From: Mobula hypostoma
Taxonomy: Eukaryota
Direction of reading: 5' to 3'
Assembly: GCF_963921235.1 (NCBI RefSeq)
Contig: NC_086097.1
Coordinates: 18,788,001 to 18,852,000, forward strand
Length of the DNA stretch: 64,000 bases
In this document: positions 11,190-24,759 of the stretch, in pieces
Position numbering within the stretch: the stretch's first letter is position 1
Layout: every line of letters starts with the position of its first letter
Translations under genes and position numbers: made by a program
Notes under the pieces: model-generated
The model's input: the letters and a program-made list of their open reading frames with translations, nothing else
What the model was told of the DNA's origin: nothing
The model's database searches: none

Positions 11190-14100
11190 TACCCTATAAA
11201 AAAAACCCCTGTACCCCTTAAAAACGCTAAAAATACCCGGACTTGTGCTCTCTCACACATGCCCAGCAACCCTTTTAATGTGAATTCCTGCACCCCCAAC
11301 TCCCTTAATTTATTTCTCATCATCTCTCTCTGTATCCCATACTTCCTGCAACACAGAACTACATGTTCTACTGACTCCTCTTCCTGATATTCCTCACACA
11401 ATCCTGTCTGGTGTTTCCCTATCATTTTCAATGTTTTGTTTAATGCACAATGCCCCAGCCTTAACCTAGTCCACACAGTTTCCTCTCTTCTGTTTCCACT
11501 ACCTACCTTCGTACCTGCAACACTCTTTTGTATTTGATATAAATGCCTCCCTTTCTCCTCTCTGTCCCATCTTTCTTGCCACATTCAGTTGACTATTTCC
11601 CAGATTACACACTTAACCTCTGCTTTACTGATACTAATGTGCATTTCCACATTTTCTTTCTTTAACACCCTCTTTGCCAACTCATCCACCCTCTCATTCC
11701 CCTTCACCCCTACATGTGCTGGAACCCATAGAAATTTTACCTGACCTCCCTGATTTGCAATTCTTGTAACTAACTGAAGGACTTCATAAAGTACATCTTG
11801 CTGACTATTTGTGTGAAAAGACCTTAAACTTGCTAGAACTGAGGATGAATCTGAACATATCAATGCTTTGCCTTGCCTGGCTTTCTGCACCCATTGCAAC
11901 GCAACCAACACTGCCAGCATCTCCACTGTAAACACTCCTAACTTATTAGATGTTCTTCTACTGATTCCAATTTCTTTTGCTGATATAACCACCCCAAACC
12001 CTGTCACTCCTGTTTCAGGTTCCTTCGCACCATCCGTATAAATGTGAGTATAATCACTATACTTTTCCATCACATGACAGTTAAATGCATTTACCAAATC
12101 TGTTTTATATCTTTCTTTCCTTTTTACCTCTAACAAATGCCAGTCTATGTCAGGCCATACAAGCTTCCATGGAGCTACAACCGGATAAACTACTGAAGGG
12201 CTTATCCTCAGATCAAACACTCCACATTCTTTCACGATATCATTCCCTACCTGACTAAAAGTATCCCTCTGAAACCTCCCATTTTCCCAGCACTCCTGCA
12301 ACACTCCTTTAGTAGGGTGAGAATCATTGTGCCACTGCAAGTTAGCCCAGTAGTTTGCCATCAGTTGCATCCTTCTTAGTTCCAAAGGCATTATTCCCAT
12401 TTCTACCTGTAGGGCTGACACTGGTGACGTTTTAAAAGCCCCACTGCACACTCTCAAGGCCTGAGCCTGAATCACATCCAGTTTCCTTATAAGAGACCTA
12501 GCTGCTGATCCATATGCTATATTTCCATAGTCCAACACAGATCTCACTAAAGCCACATACATTCTCTTCAACGCTGAACAACTTGCTCCCCATTCCCTAC
12601 TAGTCAAACATCTCATCACATTTATTACTTTTTTTACATTTCTCCTCAACTTTCCTGATATGGTCTGCCCATGTTAATCGTGAATCAAATATAACTCCCA
12701 GAAATTTAAATGATGCAACCCTATCTAATTCAACCCCATACATCCTTAACTTCTTCCCTACCTCAACCCTTTTCCTGGTAAAAAAAAATACAGACTGAGT
12801 TTTATCTACTGAAAATCTACATCCCCAATCATAACCCCACTCCACCACTTCATCAATTGCTTCTTGTAGTTTCCTGACTATATGGTCCATGTTCCTGCCT
12901 CTTTTCCACAAGGCCCCATCATCCGCAAACAGTGACCTACCTATATCCACTGGTACCTTTGTGAAGACATCATTGATCATAATGATGAAAAGTAACGGGC
13001 TAATCACACTACCTTGAGGTGTGCCATTTTCCACTATGTACTGTTTTGATAATTCTGATCCAATCCGAACTTGAATTTTTCTACCAAACAAAAAATCTTT
13101 AATCCAATTAAAAACTCTCCCACCAACCCCCATCTTGTGCAGTTTAATTAATAATCCTTCCTTCCACATCATATCATAGGCTTTTTCAATGTCAAAGAAC
13201 ACTGCCACTACTGACTCTCTATTCGCCTGGGCCTTCCTTATTTCAGTCTCTAACATTATCACTGAGTCCACGGAATTCCTTCCCTTTCCAAAACCACTCT
13301 GGTAACTTGCCAGCATTCCCTTTTTCTCAAGCTCATACGATAACCTTTCTGTTATCATCCTTTCCATTATCTAACACATACTTGATGTTAATGCAATTGG
13401 TCTGTAGCTAGTGGGTTTTGACGGATCCTTGCCAGGCTTCCTTATTGGAATTACTACTGCTTCTTTCCATGCACTTGGTAATCCTCCCTCTTCCCACACT
13501 CTGTTATAAAAATGCAGCAACTTCAAGAGCGCTCCTTCTAGATTTTTTAGCATCACAGAGCATATCAGATCTTGCCCTGGGGAGATTGGTCTCGATCTCT
13601 TTATTGCTCTCACCATTTCTGCTAATGTAAATGGATCATCAATTATATCATCTGTCCCTTCCCTCCTGTTTAACACACCTGGGTGTTGGATCATTATTTT
13701 TTCCCTTCTCCTTCTCCCTTCTTCAGACAAATTTTCTGAACTGTGTATCAGTACAAATGACTTGGCCATGATCTCAGCCTTATCCCTACTGGAGACTGCA
13801 GTTTCCTCCTCAGATATCATTACTGGATATTCCCATTCCCTTCTATCTCCTCCCATCCTCTTAATCATTCCCCATATCTCTCCCACAGGTGTTGTTCTTC
13901 CTATCTTGTCACAAAAACTCCTCCAACTTGCCCTTTTAGCTCGACGTATAGTTCTTCTCACCACTACCTGTGTTTTCTTATATTGAACCAAATGCTGCAT
14001 ATTATGGGTTCTTTTAACTAGCCTGAATGCTCTATTTCTGTTTTTTACAGCCTGACAACATTCCTCTGTCCACCATGGTACCAGTTTTCTATTCATCCTA

Positions 14101-14945
14101 TTTTTACTCCTGGGAATAGATCCTTCTGCTGCCATAATAATTGCTGAAGTCACCTGACTGTTTAATTCATCTACATTTCCAGAAATATCAATCTTTGTCA
14201 ACCCTTCTTCACTCAACTTCTGGAACTTACCCCAATCTGCTTTTCCAAACACCCACTTTGGGGTTCCGCCACCTGGTCTTACTTCAACTCTTTCACCCAC
14301 TGAACATAAAACTGGGTAGTGATCACTGCCTACTGTTGAAGCAGTCTAAACTCCCCAGTTACTAATGCCAGCCAAGGTATTAGACACTAACGTAATATCT
14401 AACACTGACTCAGTTCCTGTTGTTATATCTATCCTTGTGCCTCTACCATCATTCATACACACCAAATCCCTTTCTTCCATCAAATTTTCAATTACCTTTC
14501 CATTTGGATCTGTAATCTGATCCCCCCATATTGTGCTATGAGCATTGAAATCTGCACACCACACTACTTTATGTCTGTTTTGTCCTTGCATCTTTAATAG
14601 GCTGTCCAAATCCAACCCTTTACATGAATTGTAGTAGTTAATTATAACCACTCCCTCCCCTCTCTCCCACACTTCCACCACTATGTATTCCTGATCATCT
14701 CCTTTTTCCAGTACCCTATATGGTATACCTTGCTTGATTAACATAGCACAACCCCCTCCTCCCCCTAGATTTCTATCTTTCCTTATCATTGTATACCCAT
14801 ATACCACAAAGTCTAAAGTTGGTTTCAACCAGGTTTCCTGAATACACGCTACATTCGGTCTTACAACCATTTCTTTAATAAAGTGCTTGAATTCCTGGCT
14901 ATTGGCCAGTAAGCTCCTTGCATTCCATTGTAAAAGAATCACCAT
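11190..14945 (-). pseudogene. Nimb/I LINE ORF2 (endonuclease, RT, RNase H, C-terminal CCHC) broken by about four stops/frameshifts
   Basis: LQWNARSL/CIQETWL/DFNAH; YRPIALTS, FFDIEKAYD, GTPQGSVISP, LFADD; IYTDGAK..ICSDS..WVPAHVGVKGNERVDELAK; RLRLGH..ESVEHVVLCC. Confidence 0.9.
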
Positions 14946-14953
14946 AATGAGTA

Positions 14954-16186
14954 TTAACCAACACATGACACTTCCTGGCTTGACTGATTACTGAGGTTCT
15001 CCCTCACTTCCGCCCATGTCAGACCTACTAACCCTAAATGGTTTACTGCTGCTTTTACCACCAGCTGAATTTTGTCACTTTTTGACTTTACCTCAGCCAT
15101 ACTATTAATCACTCCTGCAATGAATGTTACTGGAGCCTTTTTGTCTACATAAATCCTGTCATTTGTTCTTTGTTGCATCGCTTGTATCCCTATTGCTCCC
15201 TGTTCATTAGGAGCATTATTCTGTTCTCTTGACATTCTTACAGCTTCTGCATAAGTGATCTTTCTTTTCACTCTTATTTCTTGAATTTTAGTCTCCCGTC
15301 TCACAACCTCACACCCACTATATGCAACATTATGAGCTCCTCCACAATTGCAGCATTTTGGTTGAACTCCTGTTCCGCACTTTCCATATTCATGATCACC
15401 CACACATCTAGCACATCTCCTCTGCCTTTTACAGTTTTTAGCCACGTGTCCAAACCTTTGACAATTATAGCACCTCAGTGGCTTTGGCACATACACCCTT
15501 ACTGGGTAACTCATGAAACCCAGGAACACCTTCCTTGGCACTCTTTCTTCTTCAAATTCAATCAATACTGATTCACTTTCCTTTTTCACTCCCTCCTTTG
15601 TTGTTTTCAATCTTTGAACATTCATTACTTTCCCTCCATTGATATTCCTCTTTAACTCCTCCATATTTATACTCATTGGTATCCCCGTGATCACTCCTTT
15701 ACAACCACTGTTTTGTGCTCCCACCCTCCCAATGTATTCCACCTTGCATTTTCCTATCTTTTTTAGCTTGAGTGCTTTCTCAAGTTGTTCCTCATTCGCA
15801 CATCTTACCAATAAGTTGCCATCATTAAGGACTTTTGCAAATACTATTTCCCCTATCTTATTTGCCAGAGTTGTTGTTAGCACAAACGGGTTAATTTTCT
15901 TCATATGTCCCTGAGCCTTCTCATTAAACCTAATTATGACAACACCTCCTCTCTGAGCTTGTTCATCTTCCTCACTTTCAGAGCTTTCTCCACTATCATT
16001 TCTTATTCTTTTATTCCCTTTGTCTTGGTTTTTATTCATCCAACCCCTCACTACCTCCTCATTCCCTTTATTTCTCCCTTCACAATAATCCACCTCTCCC
16101 CAGCTGCCTACCTCTGATCCCAAGTCCCTATCCCACTTCTTCTCCACTTCCTTTCCCTCAATCCCCCCTCTTATCTTGTCCGCCAT
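14954..16186 (-). CDS. Nimb/I LINE ORF1, nucleic-acid-binding protein with three zinc knuckles (~410 aa, open)
   Basis: MADKIRGG start; PLRCYNCQRFGHVAKNC, CARCVGDHEYGKC, CCNCGGAHNVAYSGC. Confidence 0.85.
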   Translation of the reverse strand: MADKIRGGIEGKEVEKKWDRDLGSEVGSWGEVDYCEGRNKGNEEVVRGWMNKNQDKGNKRIRNDSGESSESEEDEQAQRGGVVIIRFNEKAQGHMKKINPFVLTTTLANKIGEIVFAKVLNDGNLLVRCANEEQLEKALKLKKIGKCKVEYIGRVGAQNSGCKGVITGIPMSINMEELKRNINGGKVMNVQRLKTTKEGVKKESESVLIEFEEERVPRKVFLGFMSYPVRVYVPKPLRCYNCQRFGHVAKNCKRQRRCARCVGDHEYGKCGTGVQPKCCNCGGAHNVAYSGCEVVRRETKIQEIRVKRKITYAEAVRMSREQNNAPNEQGAIGIQAMQQRTNDRIYVDKKAPVTFIAGVINSMAEVKSKSDKIQLVVKAAVNHLGLVGLTWAEVRENLSNQSSQEVSCVG

Positions 16187-16673
16187 TACCGGACCCACAC
16201 GACCCCCTCCTAGCGATTTCCATTCCTTCCCCACTCTCTTTCCCTCAACAGGTTCCAAACCACATTCACGCATCAAGCAAAACACAGCCAGCTTCCAGCC
16301 ACAACCACAACCACAACACCCTGGTCTCTCCAAGAAGCCGCCAGCAACTCCTGAACCAGAGCTGCTGCATGGAGCTGTCTCATATAGAGGCAGCAGCAAC
16401 ATGCACAAGTGTGCTGATGGTGGAGGGTACCATCTTTAATTGGATAATTGAGTTAATTAGGTTTTGGTTGGTCTAGGGGGAGGGGCCTCAAGTTACCAAG
16501 GCTTTGGGGTTAGCTTTCTTTTGTGTTTAGCCTGAGGGTGGCTATATATATATAGTTTTGTCCAGTTTTTGTCTTGTTTTGAGGTAAATAAAAGCACCTC
16601 AATCTAGTTTTGCGACTCAAGCCATCTTGTTATTTTTCTTAAACAATTGACCCACAGTTTTTGTGACAATGAC

Positions 16674-18147
16674 CATGAATTTTCAAACATTATATTTCAT
16701 TTGCCACTTTCTTTCCAATTATCCTAATCAGTCTAAGTCCTTCTGCATCATACCTATTTCCTCAACACTTCCTGCTCCTCCACAAATCTTTGTATCATCT
16801 ACAAACTTGGCAAAAAACCCAACTATTTCATCATCATAATCATTTATACGTAACTTCTTTATCGAAAAAGAAGTTACCCCAACACCGACCCCTGCGGAAC
16901 ACCACTTGTCACTGGCAACCAACCAAACAAGGATCTTTTTATTCCCACTCACTGCCTCCTTCCAATCAGCCAATGCTCTAGCCATGTTAGTAACTTTCCT
17001 GTAATACCATGGGGTCTTAACTCGGTAAGCAGCCTCACATATGGCACCTTGTCAAAGGCCTTCTGAAAGTCCAAATATACAGCATCCACTGCATCCCCTT
17101 TATCTATCCTACTTGTAATCTCCTCAAAGAATTCCAACAGGTTCATCAGGCAGGATTTTCCCTTCAGGAAACCATGCTGACTTTGTCCTATCTTGTCCTG
17201 TGTCACCAAGTACTCCATCACCTCATCCTTAACAATTAACTCTAACATCTTCCCAACCACTGAGGTCACACTAACTGGACTATAATTTCCTTTCTGCTAC
17301 CTTCCTCCTTTCTTAAAGAGTGGAGTGACATTTGCAAATTTCCACTCCTCTGGCACCATGCCAGAGTCCAATGATTTTTGAAAGATCATTGCTGATGCCA
17401 CCACAATCTCTAATGCTACATCTTTTAGAACCCTAGGGTGCAGTTCATCTGGTCCAGGTGACTTATGTACCTTTAGGTCTTTCAGTGTTTTGAGCACCTT
17501 CTCCCTTGTAATAGTGACTGCTCCCACTTCTCTTCCCTCACACACTACAACATCCGGCTCACAGCTAGTGTCTTCCACAATGAAGGCTGATGCAAAATAC
17601 TCCTTTAGTTAATCTGCCATCTCCTTGTCCCCCGCTTATTATTTCTCCTGTCTCATTTTCTAGCTGTCCCATATCCATTATCGTCTTCCTTTTATTTTTA
17701 ACATACTTGATAAAACTTTCACTATCCACTTTGATATTATTTGCTAGCTTGCTTTCATATTGCATCTTTTCCCTTCTAATGATTCTTTTAGTTGCTGTCT
17801 GTAGGCTTTTAAAGACTTCCCAATCCTCTATCTTCTCACTAATTTTTGCTTTCTTGTATGCCCTCTCTTTTGTTTTTATATTACCTTTGACTTCCCTTGC
17901 CAGCCACAGTTGTACTATTTTGCCATTTGAGTATTTCTTCATTTTTGGAATATACATGTGCTGCGCGTTCCTCATTTTTTACCCAGAAACATACGCCATT
18001 ATTGCTCTGCTGACATCCCTGCGCAGCAACTTCCAATTTACTTTGGCCAACTCCTCTCTCATACTACTGCAATTTCCCTTACTCTACTGAAATACTGCTA
18101 CATCAGATTTTGCTTTCTCCCTATCAAATTTCAAGTTGAGCTCAATC
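16674..18147 (-). mobile_element. CR1-B middle part (RT and linker); its 5'-most piece lies at 22129-22238
   Basis: ORFs [30 protein letters not shown]; 22129-22238 reads [21 protein letters not shown] on the minus strand. Confidence 0.9.
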
Positions 18148-21100
18148 AAGTGGTAACAGTCAGGAGAGGGAAGGGGAATAGAACCATAGAACCATAGAAA
18201 CCACAGCACAGAAACAGGTCTTTTGGCCCTTCTTGGCTGTGCCGAACCATTTTCTGCCTAGTTCCACTGACCTGCACACGGACCATATCCCTCCATACAC
18301 CTCCCATCCATGTATCTGTCCAATTTATTCTTAAATGTTAAAAAAGAACCCGCATTTACCACCTCGTCTGGCAGCTCATTCCATACTCCCACCACTCTCT
18401 ATGTGAAGAAGCCCCCACTAATGTTCCCTTTAAACTTTTCCCCCCTCACCCTTAACCCATGTCCTCTGGTTTTTTTCTCCCCTTGCCTCAGTGGAAAAAG
18501 CCTGCTTGCATTCACTCTATCTATACCCATCATAATTTTATATACCTCTATCAAATATCCCCTCATTCTTCTATGCTCCAGGGAATAAAGTCCTAAGCTA
18601 TTCAACCTTTCTCTGTAACTGAGTTTCTCAAGTCCCGGCAGCATCCTTGTAAACCTTCTCTGCACTCTTTCAACCTTATTAATATCCTTCCTGTAATTTG
18701 GTGACCAAAACTGAACGCAATACTCCAGATTCGGCCTCACCAATGCCTTATACAACCTCATCATAACATTCCAGCTCTTATACTCAATACTTTGATTAAT
18801 AAAGGCCAATGTACCAAAAGCTCTCTTTACGACCCTATCTACCTGTGACACTTTTAGGGAATTTTGTATCTATATTCCCAGATCCCTCTGTTCCACTGAA
18901 ATCCTCAGTCTATGTTTCTATTAACCCTGTATGTTCTACCTTGGTTTGTCCTTCCAAAGTGCAATACCTCACACTCGTCTGCATTAAACTCCATCTGCCA
19001 TTTTTCAGCCCATTTTCCCAGCTGGTCCAAGTCCCTCTGCAGGCTCTGAAAACCTTCCTCGCTGTCTACTACACCTCCAATCTTTGTATCATCAGCAAAT
19101 TTTCTGATCCAATTTACCACATTATCATCCAGATCGTTGATATAGATGACAAGTAACAATGGACCCAGCACTGATCCCTGTGGCACACCACTAGTCACAG
19201 GTCTCCACTCGGAGAAGCAATTCTCTACTACCACTCTTTGGCTTCTTCCATTGAGCCAATGTCTGATCCAATTTACCACCTCTCCATGTATACCTAGTGA
19301 CTGAATTTTCCTAACTAACCTCCCATGCGGGACCTTGTCAAAGTCAGGTACTAGAGAGTACTCCTGTGGCTGTTCCATTGAACAATAAGTACTCCTGTTT
19401 GAGTACTGTTGGGGGGGACAGCCTACCTGGGGGAAGCAACAGTGGCTGTGCCTCTTGCACAGAGTCCGGCCCTGTGGCTCAGAAGGGTAGGGAAATGAAG
19501 AGGAAGGCTGTAGTGATAGGGGACTCTACAGTTAGGGGGTCAGACAGGTGATTCTGTGGACTCAGTAAAAAAACTCGGATGGTAGTTTGCCTCCCAGGTG
19601 CGAGGGTCCGGGATGTTTCAGATCGCGTCCACGATATCCTGCAGTGGGATGGAGAACAGCCAGAGGTCGTGGTACATATTGGTACCAACGACATGGGTAG
19701 GAAAAGGGAAGAGGTCCTGAAAACAGACTACAGGGAGTTAGGGAGGAAGTTGAGAAGCAGGACCGCAAAGGTAGTTATCTCGGAATTACTGCCTGTGCCA
19801 CATGACAGTGAGTATAGAAATAGAATGAGGTGGAGGATAAATGTGTGGCTGAGGGATTGGAGCAGGGGGCAGGGATTCAGATTTATGGATCATTGGGACC
19901 TCTTTTGGGGCAGGTGTGAACTGTACAAAAAGGACGGGTTGCACTTGAATCCTCGGGGGACCAATATCCTGGCGGGGAGGTTTGCTAAGGCTACTGGGGA
20001 GAGTTTAAACTAGAATTGCTGGGGGGGTGGGAACTGAACTGAAAAGACTGGGGGAGAGGTGGTTGGCTCACAAATAGAGGAAGCTTGGAGACAGTGTGAG
20101 AGGGAGAATAGGCAGGTGATAGAGAAGGGACGCACACAGACCGACGGTTTGCGATGTGTCTATTTTAATGCAAGGAGTATTGTGAACAAAGCAGATGAGT
20201 TTAGAGGGTGGATCTGTACTTGGAGCTATGACGTGGTGGCCATTACAGAGACTTGGATGGCTCAGGGACAGGAATGGTTACTTCAAGTGCCGGGTTTTAG
20301 ATGTTTCAGAAAGGACGGGGGGCGGGGGGAGGCAAAAGAGGTGGGGGCGTGGCACTGTTGATCAGCTGCAGAAAAGGAGTAAGTCATGGAGGGATTGTCT
20401 ACGGAGCCTCTGTAGGTGGAGGTTACGAACAGGAAGGGGTCAATAACTCTACTGGGTGTTTTTTATAGTCCGCCCAATAGTAACAGGGATATCGAGGTGC
20501 AGATAGGTAAACAGATCCTGGAAAGGTGTAATAATAACCGAGTTGTCATGGTGAGAGATTTTAATTTCCCAAATGTCGACTGGCATCTGCCTAGAACAAG
20601 GGGTTTAGATGGGGTGGAGTTTGTTAGGTGTGTTCAGGAAGGTTTCTTGACACAATATGTAGATAAGCCTACAAGAGGAGAGACTACTTGATTTGGCATT
20701 GGGAAATGAACCTGGCCAGGTGTCAGATCTCTCAGTGGGAGAGCATTTTGGAGATAGTGATCATAATTCTAACTCCTTTACAAAAGCATTGGAGAGAGAT
20801 AGGAACAGACAAGTTAGAAAAGCATTTAATTGGAGTAAGGGAAATATGAGGCTATCAGGCAGGAACTTGGAAGCTTAAATTGGGAACAGCTGTTCTCAGG
20901 GAAAGGTACGGAAGAAATGTGGGAAATGTTCGGGGATATTTGTGTGGAGTTCTGCATAGGTACGTTCTAATGAGACAGGGAAGTTATGGAAGAATATAGG
21001 AACCATGGTGTACAAAGAATGTAGTAAACCTAGTCAAGAAGAAAAGAAAAGCTTACAAAAGGTTCAGAGAGCTAGGTAATGTTAGAGATCTAGAAGATTA

Positions 21101-22128
21101 TAAGGCTAACAGAAAGGAGCTTAAGAAGGAAATTAAGGAGAGCCAGAAGGGCCATGAGAAGGCCTTGGCGGGCAGGATTAAGGAAAACTCGAAGGCATTC
21201 TACAAGTATGTGAAGAGCAAGAGGATAAGACGTGAGAGAATAAGACCTATCAAGTGTGACAGTGGGAAAGTGTGTATGCAACCGAAGGAAATAGCAGAGG
21301 TCTTAATGAATGCTTTACTTCAGTATTCACTATGGAAAAGGACCTTGGTGATTGTAGTGATGACTTGCAGTGGATTGAAAAGCTTGAGCATTAGATATTA
21401 GGAAAGAGGATGTGCTGGAGCTTTTGGAAAGCATCAAGTTGGATAAGTCGCCAGGACCGGATGAGATATGGGAGGTGAGGGAGGAGATTACTGAGCCTCT
21501 GGCGATGATTTTTGATTCAGCAATGGGGACAGGAGAGGTACCAGAGGATTGGAGGGTTGCAGATGCTGTTCCCTTATTCAAGAAAGGGTGTAGAGATAGC
21601 CCAGGAAATTATAGACCAGTGAGTCTTACTTCAGTTGTTGGTAAGTTGATGGAGAAGATCCTGAGAGGCAGGATTTATGAACATTTGGAGAGGTATAATA
21701 TGGTTAGCAATCATCAGCAAGGCTTTGTCAAGGGCAGGTCATGCCTTACGAGCCTGACTGAATTTTTTGAGGATGTGACTAAACACATTGATGAAGGAAG
21801 AGCAGTAGATGTAGTGTATATGGATTTGAGCAAGACATTTGATAAGGTACCTCATGCAAGGCTTATTGAGAAAGTAAGGAGGCATGAGATCCAAGGGGAT
21901 ATTGCTTTGTGGATCCAGAACTGGCTTGCCCACAAAAGGCAAAGCGTGGTTGTAGATGGGTCATATTCTGCATGGAGGTCGGTCACCAGTGGTGTGCCTC
22001 AGGGATCTGGTCTGGGACCTCTTCTCTTCGTGATTTTTATAAATGAGCTGATGAGGAAGTGGAGGAATGGGTTAGTAAATTTACTGATGACACAAAGGTT
22101 GGGGGTGTTGTGGATAGTGTGGAGAGCT
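18148..22128 (+). mobile_element. CR1-C (ORF1 esterase, endonuclease, RT to near the FADD motif), interrupted at 18179-19341
   Basis: TVRRGKG (18150-18178) continues as SQVLESTPVAVPLNNKYS (19342+); CLPGA, HIGTND, DGLHLN; YFNARSI, AITETW, GDSDHN; ORF 21412-22173 RT. Confidence 0.9.
18179..19341 (-). mobile_element. CR1-D, 5'-truncated, inserted in CR1-C ORF1
   Basis: (TAGAACCA)n tail at 18179-18200; FDKVPHGRL, SGVPQGSVLGP, KFADDTK, RPNLEYCVQFW. Confidence 0.92.
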
Positions 22129-23083
22129 GCACTCCCTCATCCTTCCTTCCTATCCCTCCGATACAGTGTGTAACTTTGGAAATTCAGCTTCCAACTACAA
22201 CCATCCTTCAGCCATGATTCAGTGATGGCCACAACATCATACCTTGCAGGTAGGTTGGCTAGAGATGTTCGGGTGGGTTTAATCTAATTTGGCAGGGGGA
22301 TGGGAATCAGAGTGATAGTGCTGAAGATGGGGTAGTTGGTTTACAAACAGAAGCACCATGCAGTGAGAGTCCTAGCAAGGAGAAGCTGATGATAGGGCAA
22401 AATTGCAGTCAACAGGATGAGTTGCAATGTAAAAGGCAGACAAAATCAAGAAAGTCGAATACAGGACTGAAGGTGTTAAATGTGATTTTGCAGTATGCAG
22501 AAGAAGGTCAATGAATTTGTAGTACATTTACAGATTGGCAAGTATGATGTTGTAGGCGTTACTGAATCTGTTTGAAAGAAGATTATAACTGGGAGCTTAA
22601 TATCCAAGGATACACATTGTATCAAAAGAACAGGCAGGAAGGCAGAGTGACTCTGTTGGTAAAAAATGAAATTAAATCATTTGAAAGAAGTAACGGGGTT
22701 TGAAGGTGTTGAATCATTCTGTATAGAGCTAAGGAACTGTAAGGGTAGAAAGACCCCAATGGGAGTTATATACAGACTCCTAAACAGAAGTAAGGATGTG
22801 GTCTACAAGTTACAACAGGTGGTAGAAAATGCATGCCAAAAGGGCAATATTACAATAGTCATGGAGCATTTCGATATGCAGGAATATTGGGAAAATCAGG
22901 TTGGTGTGGGATTCCAAGAGGGGAAATCTCTAGAATGCCTGAAATATAGCTTTTTAAGAACATGGTTGAGTCCTCTAGGGGATCAGCTGGGTGTTTTGCA
23001 ATGAACCGGAATTGATTAGAGAACTTATGGTAAAAGAACCCTGGGGGAAAGTGATCATAATATGATCAAATTCACCCTGAAAT

Positions 23084-24143
23084 TGTCATGGTCTGGTCCG
23101 TGAAGTCTGCGTACTTGTTCACGGTCTGGTCCATCGATCCATATTCCAGGTTTTCTGGTTTTCCCTTGTTCTGTTGGTGCCTTAATTGAGGCATATGATT
23201 CTCATTTTGGTCTGACTACATAAATAGCTCCTGGGTTCAGCTTCATTTGCTGGACTGTTCCCTTCACCTTCCTCCTGAAGGCTTGCCTGCAACCTCGCTT
23301 GTGTCCTCACCTGCATCGCTGTCAAGTTCTACCACCACAGCAAGACTGGAGCCTTGCTATGTCTAGATAAGGAACTGTCTATCGTTGTTTGGAACTGTCT
23401 CTGTGTCCACGCCTTTGCTAGGTAGGTCCGGCCGTTTGCCACTACCTTGTGTTGGGAACTGTCTCTGTGTGTTCTATATATGAGTCCCGGCCCTACGTCT
23501 TGTTCCCAAGGAGGGATCCCGGATCTGTGTTCCATGTTCCTGTCTCCCAAGACAAAGGCCCTGTGTTCTGCATTCCTGTCTCCCAAGGCCAAGGCTCTGT
23601 GTTCTGTGTTCCTGTCTCCCAAGACCAGAGCTCTGTGTTCTGCGTTCCTGTCTCCCAAGACCAAGACAAGGCTTTGAGGTCTCATCCTTTCCTTGTGCCT
23701 CGCCCAGCCCAGGAGTACCTTGTCTAGTCCTAGCCACGTCCAAGAATCTCGTCTAGTCCAAGCCAAGGCTTTGTGTTCTCATCCTGTGCAGGACTTCCAA
23801 GTCCAGTCCCGTAGCCTAGCCACATCCAGTCCTGTAGCCATGTCTTGTCCTCACCTAGATCCAGGGTCCAAACCCAAGTCAAGACAAAGGTTCCGGGCCC
23901 CTGTCCAGTCTCTTGCTCAGAGTCCTTGTCCAGGCTTCTAGTTCCCAGTTCCTTGTCCTGATCCCGCTTTCCTAGCCAAAGTCCTAGCCCAAGTCTGTGT
24001 TCCTGTCCCAGCTCCTAGTCAATGTCCAGCGTCCTTTCTTTCCCACTTCCCTTGCTTGCTTGACAATCCTAGTCCTGTTCCTTGTACTTCAGTGTCTGTG
24101 TCTTGCATTTGGGTCCGCTCCCAACGCGCCCCCCCCCATGACA
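23084..24143 (+). mobile_element. Solo LTR (1060 bp, Gypsy/BEL-like)
   Basis: Perfect inverted termini TGTCATGG...CCATGACA; 5-bp TSD GAAAT at 23079-23083 and 24144-24148; TATA-like CATAAATA ~23219. Confidence 0.88.
23524..23666 (+). repeat. 36-bp minisatellite x4 inside solo LTR
   Basis: Unit TCTGTGTTCTGYGTTCCTGTCTCCCAAGACCARRGC. Confidence 0.9.
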
Positions 24144-24759
24144 GAAATTTGAGAAGCGGAAGCAGAAGTCACATGTATCAGGATTACAGTGGAGTAAATG
24201 GAGTCACAATAGGAGAGAAGTTGGCCAGAAATGATTGAAAAGGAACACTGGCAGAGATGACAGCAGTGTCGCAGTTTCTAGTAGCAGTTCGGAAGGCACA
24301 AGTTATACACATCTCAAAGAAGAAGTATTCTAAAGAAAAGATGACACAACTATAGCTAACAAGAGAAGCCAAAGCCAAAATAGAAACCAAAGAGAGAGCA
24401 TATATTAGAACAAAAAATACTGGAAGTTAGGATATTGGGAAGCTTTTAAATACCAACAGAAGGCAAAGATGGAATGCAAAAGTAAGCTAGCCAATAATAT
24501 TAAAGAAGATGTTAAAAGTTTCTTCAGATACATAAAGTGTAAAATAGAGGCAAAAGTGGATATCAGACTGCTGGAATATAATTCTGGAAAGGTAGTAATG
24601 GGGGACAAGGAAATAGTGGATAAATTCAATAAGCATTTTGCATCAGTCTTCACTGTGCAAAACACTAGCAGTAATGTGGAAGTCCCAGGTGTCCGGGGTC
24701 ATGGAGTATGTGAGGTTACTAGACTGAAGGTTCTTGGGAAACTGAAAGGTCTGAAGGTA

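Larger units (their letters stand above)
10967..16350 (-). mobile_element. Full-length Nimb/I-clade LINE (ORF1 gag-like; ORF2 APE-RT-RNase H-CCHC)
   Basis: 14-bp TSD CTGAACCAGAGCTG at 10953-10966 and 16351-16364; domain order in ORF track. Confidence 0.92.
10869..16668 (+). mobile_element. Solo LTR (~400 bp: 10869-10966 plus 16365-16668) split by a Nimb LINE
   Basis: Termini TGTGACA...TGTGACA (TG..CA); 5-bp TSD ATGAC at 10864-10868 and 16669-16673; TATA-like run ~16543 and AATAAA ~16588. Confidence 0.85.

Noticed and set aside
16187..16408. N-terminal extension of the 484-aa ORF
   Set aside because: It crosses the TSD into the flanking LTR; the real ORF1 most likely starts at 16186.
23329..23941. 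Several overlapping ORFs with 12-aa repeats
   Set aside because: By-products of the 36-bp minisatellite in a solo LTR.
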